Of a stretch of DNA of 64,000 bases, positions 25,531 through 36,385 are shown piece after piece. How positions within the stretch are numbered: the stretch's first letter is position 1; every line of letters begins with the position of its first letter. Below the pieces are notes generated by a model. That model was not told the DNA's origin and made no database searches. It worked only from the letters and a program-made list of their open reading frames with translations. The position numbers and the translations under genes were made by a program. This DNA comes from Anaeramoeba ignava BMAN (taxonomy: Eukaryota > Protista > Anaeramoebae): positions 251,466 through 315,465 of the forward strand of contig JAPDFW010000082.1 of assembly GCA_028826165.1 (NCBI GenBank), given 5' to 3'.

Positions 25531-28500
25531 TTAATTTTCTTTATCTTCTTTTTTAATTTCATTTTCTTTTTTAATTTCATTTTCTTTTTTAATTTCATTT
25601 TCTTTTTTAATTTCATTTTCTTTTTTAATTTCATTTTCTTTCTTAATTTCATTTTCTTTTTTAATTTCATTTTCTTTTTTAATTTCATTTTCTTTATTAA
25701 TTTCATCTTCTTTTTTAATTTCATTTTCTTTATTAATTTCATTTTCTTTTTTAATTTCATCTTCTTTTTTAATTTCATTTTCTTTTTTAACTTCATCTTC
25801 TTTCTTAATTTCATTTTCATTATTAACTTCATCATTACTTTCATCATCACTTTCATCATAATCTCCATCACCAATAATAGCTTCTGTTTGATTTTCTAAA
25901 TTTTTTTTTCTCTCTTGATAAGATTGAAGTTTTTGAGGAGCTTTTCCCATAAATTTAAGAAAGAAAGGATAAAAATTTCCATTTGGATTAACAAAAGAAT
26001 TAATATGTAAATCATCAAAAATTGCAAAAACAACTTCTTTAAATCTTCCATTAAACTCTTCAGAAAACAAAGTATTATAAAACAATTCTGCCATATGTTT
26101 AGCAGGATTACCGAAAGCGCCACATCCATAAGCAGATAAAACAATATATTCATGTCCATGATTAGCACAACAAGCTAATAGTGACTCTATTTTCCTTTTT
26201 GTTACTCTTTCATCATCTGGATGTAATCGATATTCTCCTTTTCGATTTATAAGTTTGGAATCATGTGGAGCAGCAGAAGCAACAAATGATAGTAAATAAG
26301 GTTCCTCAAGAAATTGGTATTTCTTTTTTTCTTCATCTCGGAATATAATTACACTTTAAATTAAAAATTATTTGAAATATTTTGAATTTTAATTGATTTT
26401 TATTTATTTTTATTTTAAAATTTACTTCGGCGAATAAACACAACCATTTGTAGGAATTGGATATTTCCATTTTCTTTTTGGATCAAATTTTTTTTTTGGA
26501 TCTTCTAATAGTTGATAATAGTTTGATCTTCGAAAAATATTTTCTTCTTGTGCTCTTGCTCCAGCTTTATATCCCTTTTTGATTTTAAATTTTAATTTTG
26601 AATTTAAATTTTAATTTTAATTTTAATTTTGAATTTAATTTTAATTTGAATTTAATTTTGAATTTGAATTTGAATTTGAATTTGAATTTGAATTTGAATT
26701 TGATTTTAAATTATAAGATAAAAGATAAAATACTCCTCCTGGAACAAAAGGATTTGCCATGTTTAAAACAATAGGTTGGGATTTTGTTCTTTGTAAAATT
26801 TCATATGCTGCAACTAAGCAATCTGAATCAACAACATTAACTTTTGTTTCATAATTTGGATTAGGTCCAAGTTCTGGTTTTTCTTTATACATAACACAAT
26901 TTTGAGCTTGTTTTTCCACAAATTTTGAATTAAATTCCCATTTTACTCCTGATGGAGTAACATAACTGATTATTTATAAATTAAATTATAAATAAAATTA
27001 TAAATAAAATTATAAATTATATTATAAATAAAATTATAAATAAAATTATAAATAAAATTATAAATAAAATTATAAATTAAATTATAAATAAAATTATAAA
27101 TAAAATTATAAATTAAAATTATAAATTAAATTATAAATAAAATTATAAATAAAATTATAAATAAAATTATAAATAAAATTATAAATAAAATTATAAATAA
27201 ATTATAAATTAAATTATAAATTAAATTATAAATAAAATTATAAATAAAATTATAAATAAAATTATAAATAAAATTATAAATAAAATTATAAATAAAATTA
27301 TAAATAAAATTATAAATAAAATTATAAATAAATATAAATTAAATTATAAATAAAAATATAAATAAAAATATAAATTAAATTATAAATTAAATTATAAATT
27401 AAATTATAAATTAAAATTATAAATTAAAATTATAAATTAAATTATAAATAAAATTATAAATAAAATTATAAATTAAATTATAAATTAAAATTATAAATAA
27501 AAATTATAAATAAAATTATAAATAAAATTATAAAATAAAATTATAAATAAAATTATAAATAAAATTATAAATAAAATTATAAATAAAATTATAAATAAAA
27601 TTATAAATTAAATTATAAATAAAATTATAAATAAAATTATAAATTAAAATTATAAATTAAATTATAAAATAAAATTATAAATAAAAATTATAAATAAAAA
27701 TAATAAATTAAATTATAAATAATATTATAAATAAAATTATAAATAAAAATTATAAATTATATTATAAATTAAATTATAAATAAAAATTGTAAATTAAATT
27801 ATAAATAAAATTATAAATAAAAATTATAAATAAAATTATAAATAAAATTATAAATAAAATTATAAATAAAATTATAAATAAAATTATAAATAAAATTATA
27901 AATAAAATTATAAATAAAAATATAAATTAAATTATAAATAAAAATATAAATAAAAATATAAATTAAATTATAAATTAAATTATAAATTAAATTATAAATT
28001 AAATTATAAATTAAATTATAAATAAAATTATAAATAAAATTATAAATAAAATTATAAATTAAATTATAAATTAAATTATAAATAAAATTATAAATAAAAT
28101 TATAAATAAAATTATAAATAAAATTATAAATAAAATTATAAATAAAATTATAAATTAAATTATAAATAAAATTATAAATAAAATTATAAATAAAATTATA
28201 AATTAAATTATAAATAATATTATAAAATTTTACTTCATATGTTCACAATATCTAATAGTGTGATTTTGAATTTCTCTAAGCCAAGTTGAAAGAGGTTCTG
28301 GTTTATAATCCTCTCTATATTTTAAATGTTAAAATTTTAAAAAAGAATTATGAAAAAGATTTAAAAAAAAAAGTTTCAAAAGAGGAAAATAATAGAAGAA
28401 ACGAACATAATTCCTGCTTTACGAAAAGGTTTTAAATCTTCTTTTAATTCTTTTTCTTGTTCTTTTTCTTCTTTTTCTTTTAATTCTTTTTCTTTTTCTT

Positions 28501-28531
28501 TTTCTTCTAATTCTTGTTCTTGTTTTTTCAT
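25531..28531 (-). CDS. Bacterial-type poly(ADP-ribose) glycohydrolase (DUF2263/TIGR02452 macrodomain); 5 exons
   Basis: Spliced VLNMANPFVPGG|GYKAGARAQEENIFRRSNY (GGG-x6-QEE signature), VYSP, FVASAAP, LSAYGCGAFGNP, VVFAI; acidic KKENEI repeat tail. Confidence 0.9.
26975..28228. repeat. Intronic 12-mer array TTATAAATAAAA
   Basis: Period-12, almost pure A/T, in PARG intron. Confidence 0.92.
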
Positions 28532-28593
28532 TATTAATTAAAAAAATGAAATAATAAAAAATGAAAAAAAAAAATTAATAATAGAAACAATAT

Positions 28594-28597
28594 GGGG
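28594..28597. promoter_or_regulatory. Candidate G/C-run promoter box (representative copy in the PARG/hydA divergent spacer)
   Basis: Isolated GGGG in an almost pure A/T spacer; similar runs occur in other upstream spacers. Confidence 0.4.
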
Positions 28598-28767
28598 ATA
28601 TAAATTTATACATACTTCTAAAAAACAAAAAAAATTAATTAAAAATTAATAAATAAAAAATTAAAAAAAAAATTTTTACAAATCATTTTTTTTTTTACAT
28701 TTAAATAAAAAAAAATTTTATAAAAAGCAACAAAAAAGTCAAAAAAATTAAAAAAAAAAACCATAAA

Positions 28768-30591
28768 ATGTTAACAGCAAAACATTTTACAAAACAAGAA
28801 ATACTTTCAAAAATACCAATTTTCAAACAAGCATTGACAACAACAATGAAAAACACAGTTGTCTTTAAAATCAATGACAAACTTTGTGAAGCAGAAAAAG
28901 GGACAACAATAATAGAAGCATGTCGAAAATACGGGGTGCCAGTGCCAACTTTATGTTATCATCCAATGCTTCCACCTGTTGGTAAATGTCGGTTATGCCT
29001 AGTTGACATTAACAACTCAGGAAAATTATCACCGGCATGCACGACCCCAGTAGCGCAAGATATGGAGATTCAGACAAACACACCGCGGGTAATCAACACG
29101 GTGAAAACAAACCTTGAGCTTTTACTTTCAAGCCACCCACAGGAATGTACGGGATGCGAGTCAAGCGGGAGATGCGAATTGCAGAAATTAGCGTATATTT
29201 ATGACATTAAAGGAAAATTCGGGGGCAAAATGAATGAAAATCGGGAAGCCGTTGATCGTAGTTCACCTTCTGTTCTGCGAGATATGGAGAAGTGTGTTAT
29301 GTGCGGGAGATGTGTGCGAGCATGCTCGGTTTTACAAGGAATGAACATTTTAGGATTTGCCGGGAGAGGGGACACTTCTGTTCCAGAAACGGCATTTGGA
29401 CTTCCTATTGGAACCACGACTTGCATCAATTGCGGACAGTGTTCGTTCTATTGTCCTGTGGGGGCTATCACGGAGAACTCGTGTGTGCGGGAGGTGCACA
29501 ATATACTTAAGAACAAGGACGGACGCATTGTAGTTTTCCAAACTGCACCAGCAACACGAGTTGCGATCAGCGAGGAGTTTGGGATGGAGCCTGGGACAAT
29601 CTCCACAGGAAAGCTCGCGGCTGCATTACGAGAGCTTGGAGCAGACGCAGTATTTGACACCAACTTCACTGCGGATCTGACGATTCTTGAAGAGGGAAGC
29701 GAGCTTCTTGATCGAGTAGCGAACAAAGGGGTGTTGCCGATGTTTACCTCATGCTGTCCTGCTTGGATCAACATGGTCGAAAAACTATATCCCGAACTGA
29801 TTCCAAATCTTTCATCCGCTCGATCGCCTCAGGGAATGATGGGGTCGTTGATCAAACGGTACTGGGCTCAAAAAATGGGGGTTGATCCAAAAAAAATCGT
29901 GTCAGTTTCAGTGATGCCCTGCACAGCCAAAAAGGACGAAATTACGCGTCCTCAATTGACCCTTGATGACGGAACCCCCGAAACAGACTTTGTGCTCACG
30001 ACCCGCGAGCTGGGAAAACTCATCAAACTCAACAACATTCCGTTTGCTTCTCTTAAAGAAATCCCCCATGATGATCCACTTGGAGAATCCACTGGAGCTG
30101 CCGACATCTTCGCAAACACAGGCGGCGTTATGGAAGCTGCTTTGAGAACCGCCTATGAAATTGGCACAGGCTCCCCGCTCCCAACAATGCACTTCACTCC
30201 TGTAAGAGGTTTTGATTCAATGAAAGAGGCTCACATCGACTTCAACGGCATAGACTTTAAGGTCGCTGTTGTTCATGGTGCCGCTAACATCCATAAATAT
30301 ATCGAAAAAATGAAGAAGGGAGAAGTCAGTCACCACTTCGTTGAGTTCATGGTCTGCAAAGGAGGTTGCATCGGTGGCGGAGGTGAGCCAAAATCTATCT
30401 CTGCTGACTATCTTCTTAAAAGAATGAATGGTATCTATAAAATTGATGATACTAAAGAAATGAAAAAATCTCATGTCAATCCTTCAATTCAACGTCTCTA
30501 TAAATTCTTCCTTGAAAAACCCCTTTCCCATAAATCCCATAAACTCCTCCATACTCATTACAAAGACAGATCCACTAACTTTAACAAATAA
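28768..30591 (+). CDS. hydA: Long-form [FeFe]-hydrogenase (2Fe-2S, His-ligated 4Fe-4S, 2x4Fe-4S, H-cluster), intronless, with probable organellar presequence
   Basis: PTLCY..GKCRLC..ACTT, H..ECTGC...C, two CxxCxxCxxxC motifs, H-cluster motifs TSCCPAW, MPCTAKKDE, EFMVCKGGCIGGGGEP, and C-terminal LLHTHY. Confidence 0.98.
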   Translation: MLTAKHFTKQEILSKIPIFKQALTTTMKNTVVFKINDKLCEAEKGTTIIEACRKYGVPVPTLCYHPMLPPVGKCRLCLVDINNSGKLSPACTTPVAQDMEIQTNTPRVINTVKTNLELLLSSHPQECTGCESSGRCELQKLAYIYDIKGKFGGKMNENREAVDRSSPSVLRDMEKCVMCGRCVRACSVLQGMNILGFAGRGDTSVPETAFGLPIGTTTCINCGQCSFYCPVGAITENSCVREVHNILKNKDGRIVVFQTAPATRVAISEEFGMEPGTISTGKLAAALRELGADAVFDTNFTADLTILEEGSELLDRVANKGVLPMFTSCCPAWINMVEKLYPELIPNLSSARSPQGMMGSLIKRYWAQKMGVDPKKIVSVSVMPCTAKKDEITRPQLTLDDGTPETDFVLTTRELGKLIKLNNIPFASLKEIPHDDPLGESTGAADIFANTGGVMEAALRTAYEIGTGSPLPTMHFTPVRGFDSMKEAHIDFNGIDFKVAVVHGAANIHKYIEKMKKGEVSHHFVEFMVCKGGCIGGGGEPKSISADYLLKRMNGIYKIDDTKEMKKSHVNPSIQRLYKFFLEKPLSHKSHKLLHTHYKDRSTNFNK

Positions 30592-30888
30592 TTAGTTTGT
30601 TTTTCCTTTCTTCTTTCTTTGGATTTCTTTCTTTTTTACTTTTTACTTTTTTACTTTTTTACTTTTTTACTTTTTTTTTTTTCTTCGAAAAATTTTTTCT
30701 TTCAAATTTTTTTTTCGTTTTTTTTCATTTCGATCAAAAAAAAAAAACCAATAAAAAACCTTTCTTTTTTTTAAAGAAAAAACCAAATTAAATTTAAAAC
30801 ATTTTGGATTTTAAAAAATTTATACTAAAAATTCAGAAAAAAAAAGAGGAATGAGAAAAATTCCTTTTTAAAATGCTATTTTTCATTA

Positions 30889-32859
30889 TTATTTTTCATT
30901 ATTTTCATTTTCATTTTCATTTGAATTTTCATTTAAATTTTCATTTGTGTTTTCATTTGTGTTTTCATTTAAATTTTCATTTGAGTTTTCATTCATTTCA
31001 ATCTCAATATTTCGAATATCTTCGTTTGAATCTTCCTTTTCCTTCTCATCTCTTTCTTCAATCAATCTATACAATTCCTTTGTGACTTCCGACTGACGAT
31101 CAAGAACAAGAAGAAGTCTTGTCAACTTATTCTTAATAATTTGATTTTCATCCAAAACGGTTTTTTTGACATTTTTTTCCGTTTTGATTCCTCCAAGTCG
31201 TCTCTGCAAATGCTGCTCCAATTTCTCATACTTTTTCTGATGCTCGGCACGTTCTCGGTCAAGCCTATCTTTAATCTTAGAGATCTGTTCGTTTTTATAA
31301 TGAAAGGCATCAAACATTGAATCAAAAACTTCTTTTAAATGATTTCGAATTTTTTCTTGATTTGCCGGATCTTTGACAAGTTCCAATTTTTGTTGAATCA
31401 GCTCGATATGTTGGTTCAGAACCTCTTCTGGCTCCTCTTGGTTCTGTTCTTCAAACCGTTTATCGGCTTCTTGAGTGTCCTCATCTTCCGTTGAATCCGT
31501 TGTAGTTCCTGAATGTGTGTCCAATAAAGAAATCACTGGCGACGGTTGATGATCCTCTTTTTTTGCAGTTTTTTCTGTTGTTGTTTCGTTTTTTCGTAGT
31601 ATTAATTGTGCAAATTGTTTGTTGTTTAGTGAGAAAAGTGTTATCCAAACTGTATAAATGATTTCAGTTTTTTCTTGGTGTGGAAATTTAAAAAACCAAG
31701 GTGTTTGATATGTTCCTGAGACAGAACTTTTAAATTTGAATTCAATTTAATTTTAATTTTAATTTAATTTAATTTAATATTAATTTTAATTTTAATTTAA
31801 TTTTAATTTTAATTTTAATTTAATTTTAATTTTAATTTTAATTTTAAATTTAATTTAATTTTAATTTAATTTTTAATTTAATTTTTAATTCAATTTTAAT
31901 TCAATTTTAATTTAATTTAATTTAATTTAATTTTAATTCAATTTTAATTTAATTTTGATTTAAATTTTAATTTTAATTTAATTTTAATTTTAATTTAATT
32001 TTAATTCAATTTTAATTTAATTTTAATTCAGTTTTAATTCAATTTTAATTTAATTTTAATTCAATTTTTAATTCAATTTTAATTTAATTTTAATTCAATT
32101 TTAATTTAATTTAATTTTAATTCAATTTTAATTCAATTTTAATTTTAATTTTAATTTTAATTTTAATCTTAATTCAATTTTAATTCAATTTTAATTTGAT
32201 TTTTAAATTTAATTTAATTTAATTCAATTTTAATTTAATTTTAATTTAATTTTAATTTTAATTTTAATTTTAATTTTAATTTTAATTTTGATTTAATTTT
32301 AATTTAATATTAATTTTAATTTTAATTTTAATTCAATTTTAATTTAATTTTGATTTTAAATTTAATTTAATTTAATTCAATTTTAATTTAATTTTAATTT
32401 AATTTTAATTTTAATTTTAATTTTAATTTTAATTTAATTTTAATTTAATTTTAATTTTAATTTAATTTTAATTTTAATTTTAATTTTAATTTTAATTAAA
32501 TTTTAATTAAATTTTAATTTAATTTTAATTTTAATTTTAATTTTAATTCAATTTTAATTTAAATTTTAAATTTAAATTTGGAAAAAAAACTTTAATATTT
32601 TTTTTAAAACAGATAAAACTGCCAAATCTGAGCGTAATCCTAGATGTGGTTGTTGTGCAGCTGATATCTCTGAGATTCTCTTTCCAATAATTTGTGTATC
32701 ATTAGGATATCCTGATAATTTAATAAAAGAAGGATTTACTTGATTTATAAGCGTTAAATGGTCAATTATAAGAACTGCTTCTTTTGATTCTTGAATTGAT
32801 TTAAAATATTTTTTATTTCCTTTTTTAGAAATCTTTTTTGAAACTAAATCGTTTCCCAT
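30889..32859 (-). CDS. N-myristoylation-motif PAS-domain + coiled-coil protein; 2 exons (about 32859-32591, 31726-30889)
   Basis: MGNDLVSKK start; PAS-like AVLIID...VNPSFIKLSGY....IIGKRISEIS; frame-consistent GT-AG intron; C-terminal coiled coil. Confidence 0.75.
31730..32575. repeat. Intronic (TTTTAA/TTTAA)n array
   Basis: Fills the PAS-protein intron. Confidence 0.9.
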
Positions 32860-33376
32860 TTTTTGCTTTTTGTAGTTTTAATTTGTTTTGTTTTGATAAA
32901 GTCTTTTTGAATGAATCAAAATTTTGAATTGTTTTTATGTTGTTTTTGTTGTTGTTGTTATTTTTATTATTTTTATTATTTTTGTTTGTTTGTTTTTGGT
33001 TTATATCAAAATTCAAATAAATTGAAAATAAAAAGCAAAAATAATTAAAATAAAGAAAGATAAAAAAGATAAAAAAGAAAAAGAGAAAAAATGAAATTTT
33101 TTTTTTTTAATAAATTAAAATTAAGAAATAATCCCCCTTTTTATTTTATTTTAATTTTTATTTTCAATTTAATTATTTTTTAATGAAGAAAAATTTCGAA
33201 TTTTTAATTAGAATATTGATAAAAAACCAAAAATAAAACAATAAAAAAAAATTTTTTTTCTCTTTTTTTTTTTCATTTTTTTCTTTTTTCTCATTTTAAA
33301 CAAAAAAAAATAACGATAAGAATAAATTCAAATTTTAATTATTATTTTAATTATTATTATAATTATTATTATAATT

Positions 33377-36195
33377 ATGAGTGATAACGAAAAAACATTT
33401 GAATCTGTTGAAGAAGAAATTTTATATTGGAAAAATCTTTATCAAAGAACAAAACAAGAATTAGAAGATGTTCAAGAAAGTTTTGATGAATATCGAGAAG
33501 GTTCAATTGATCTTGAAAAAGAACTTGAACAACAAAATGAAGAACTTGAAACAAAACTTAGTGAATTAAAAAAAAATTATGAAAATGTCCAAGAACAATT
33601 TACAGATTTTAAAGTTTAGTTTCAAATTTAATTATAAATTTTGATATAAATTTAATTATAAATTTAATTATAAATTTTGATATAAATTTAATTATAAATT
33701 TAATTATAAATTTAATTATAAATTTAATTATAAATTTAATTATAAATTTAATTATAAATTTAATTATAAATTTAATTATAAATTTAATTATAAATTTAAT
33801 TATAAATTTTGATATAAATTTAATTATAAATTTAATTATAAATTTAATTATAAATTTAATTATAAATTTAATTATAAATTTAATTATAAATTTAATTATA
33901 AATTTAATTATAAATTTAATTATAAATTTAATTATAAATTTAATTATAAATTTAATTATAAATTTAATTATAAATTTAATTATAAATTTAATTATAAATT
34001 TAATTATAAATTTAATTATAAATTTAATTATAAATTTAATTATAAATTTAATTATAAATTTAATTATAAATTTAATTATAAATTTAATTATAAATTTAAT
34101 TATAAATTTAATTATAAATTTAATTATAAATTTAATTATAAATTTAATTATAAATTTAATTATAAATTTAATTATAAATTTAATTATAAATTTAATTATA
34201 AATTTAATTATAAATTTAATTATAAATTTAATTATAAATTTAATTATAAATTTAATTATAAATTTAATTATAAATTTAATTATAAATTTAATTATAAATT
34301 TAATTATAAATTTAATTATAAATTTAATTATAAATTTAATTTAAATTTAATTATAAATTTAATTATAAATTTAATTATAAATTTAATTATAAATTTTTAA
34401 TTATAATTATAAATTTAATTATAAAATTTAATTATAAATTTAATTATAAATTTAATTATAAAAATTTAATTATAAATTTAATTATAAATTTAATTATATA
34501 AATTTAATTATAAATTTAATTATAAATTTAATTATAAATTTAATTATAAATTTAATTATATAAATTTAATTATAAATTTAATTATAAATTTAATTATAAA
34601 TTTAATTATAAATTTAATTATAAATTTAATTATAAATTTAATTATAAATTTAATTATAAATTTAATTATAAATTTAATTATAAATTTAATTATAAATTTT
34701 ATAAAAATTTAAATTTAATTATAAATTTAATTATAAATTTAATTATAAATTTAATTATAAATTTAATTATAAATTTAATTATAAATTTAATTATAAATTT
34801 AATTATAAATTTAATTATAAATTTAATTATAAATTTAATTATAAATTTAATTATAAATTTTGATATAAATTTAATTATAAATTTAATTATAAATTTAATT
34901 ATAAATTTAATTATAAATTTAATTATAAATTTAATTATAAATTTAATTATAAATTTAATTATAAATTTAATTATAAATTTAATTATAAATATTTTCTTTC
35001 TTCTTTAAAGAGAAAAGCTGCTGAAATGATTCAAGAAAATAACGAAACTATTTCTACACTTCAATCAAAAAATGAAAATTTATCTACTTCTTATAAAAAA
35101 ATTGAGAAAAGAAAACGAGAATTAGAACAATTAAACGATGAATTAGAACGACGCCACAGGTATTTTCATTTATAAAATTAATATTAAAATTAAAATTCAT
35201 TTATAAAATTAAAATTAAAATTAAAATTAAAATTAAAATTAAAATTAAAATTAAATTTAAAATTAAAATCAAAATTAAAATAAAAATCAAAATTAAAATT
35301 AAAATTAAAATTAAAATTAAAATTAATATTAAAAATTAATAAAAATCAAAATTAAAATTAATTCTCTTTTATTCTAGAGAGATAATGGCATCAAATGATA
35401 TGCTTACAGGAAAGCTCGAAACAGCATTAGAACAACAAATAATGTTACAAACTGAACTTGAAGCAGGAGAATTCCAAAGTCGAGAAAATGTACAAAGATT
35501 AAAAGAACAAATTTTAGGTATGAATAAATAAATAATAATAAAAAAGAAAAAAAACCAGAAACAAAGATTAAGATGAAAAAATATGAATGATAAAAATTGT
35601 TCAAAAATCTTATTCTTTATCCTCAAAAATGACAGATCTTAAAAATGAAATCCAAGCAGCAAAAGTAAAAGGCGAAAAAACAAAAGAAAATGAAAAAGCA
35701 AGAATTGAAAAAAAAGAAGATAAAAGCACAAATGAAACGAATGAAATAAGTATTGAAAATCATATCACAAAGAATGACAATCCATCATTACCAGAAAAAC
35801 AAGAAACAAATTCAATTCAAAATTCAATTCAAAATCCAATTCAAAATCCAATTCAAAATTCAATTCAAAATTCAATTCAAAATTCAATTCAAAATTCAAT
35901 TCAAAATTCAATTCAAAATTCAAATCAAAATTCAATTCAAAATTCAATTCAAAATTCAAATCAAAATTCAATTCAAAATAATCCTAATTCAGATGATGTT
36001 TCTAAATCTAGTACTGAATTGATTCTTGTTATCAAAGAGGTTGTTCATGTGAGTTTTTTATTCATAAAAATGTTTTGCTAATTCAGTTTTTAAATCATTC
36101 ATTCATTTTATTATACAAATATTATTTTTCAGGAAATCGAAAACAAAACAAATATGTTAAAAAAGTACTTCCGAAAAGTTACGCAAGAGAATTAA
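33377..36195 (+). CDS. nudE: NudE/NDE1-NDEL1 dynein regulator; 5 exons
   Basis: FESVEEEILYWK...ELEDVQESFDEYREGSIDLEKELE, RELEQLNDELER, LETALEQ, QRLKEQ coiled-coil signatures. Confidence 0.9.
33625..34990. repeat. Near-perfect intronic 12-mer array AATTTAATTATA
   Basis: Identical 60-nt lines repeat over hundreds of bases in NudE intron 1. Confidence 0.95.
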
Positions 36196-36329
36196 AATAA
36201 GAAGATGATTTTCAGTTATTTTCTTTTCTTTTTCTTTTCTTTTCTTTAAAGATTGAAAGAATGTTCCACTTTTTTTTTTCGTTTTTTTTTCTTTTAAATT
36301 TGTTGTAATAAAATTTAAAATTCAAAAAT

Positions 36330-36365
36330 TTTTTTTTCATTTTTTTTTTCATTTTTTTCATTTTA
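36330..36365 (+). promoter_or_regulatory. Candidate initiator (Inr)-like TTTTCATTTT cluster (representative copy upstream of LSG1)
   Basis: Three TCATTTT copies within about 50 nt of the ATG; the same motif sits on the sense strand upstream of most genes in the window. Confidence 0.55.
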
Positions 36366-36385
36366 AAATTTTATATAAAAAAAAA

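Noticed and set aside
29199-30474. Antisense and alternate-frame ORFs over hydA (likewise over Raptor and the AAA ATPase)
   Set aside because: Expected by-products of locally higher GC; no recognisable motifs.
28768-30591. hydA as bacterial contamination or a recent insertion because of higher GC and no introns
   Set aside because: It has host-type upstream motifs and a presequence, and long exons of clearly eukaryotic genes show the same central GC rise.
33625-34990. Regular arrays as CRISPR or telomere
   Set aside because: No unique spacers, no cas genes, eukaryotic context; arrays are internal to introns and lack a G-rich telomeric unit.
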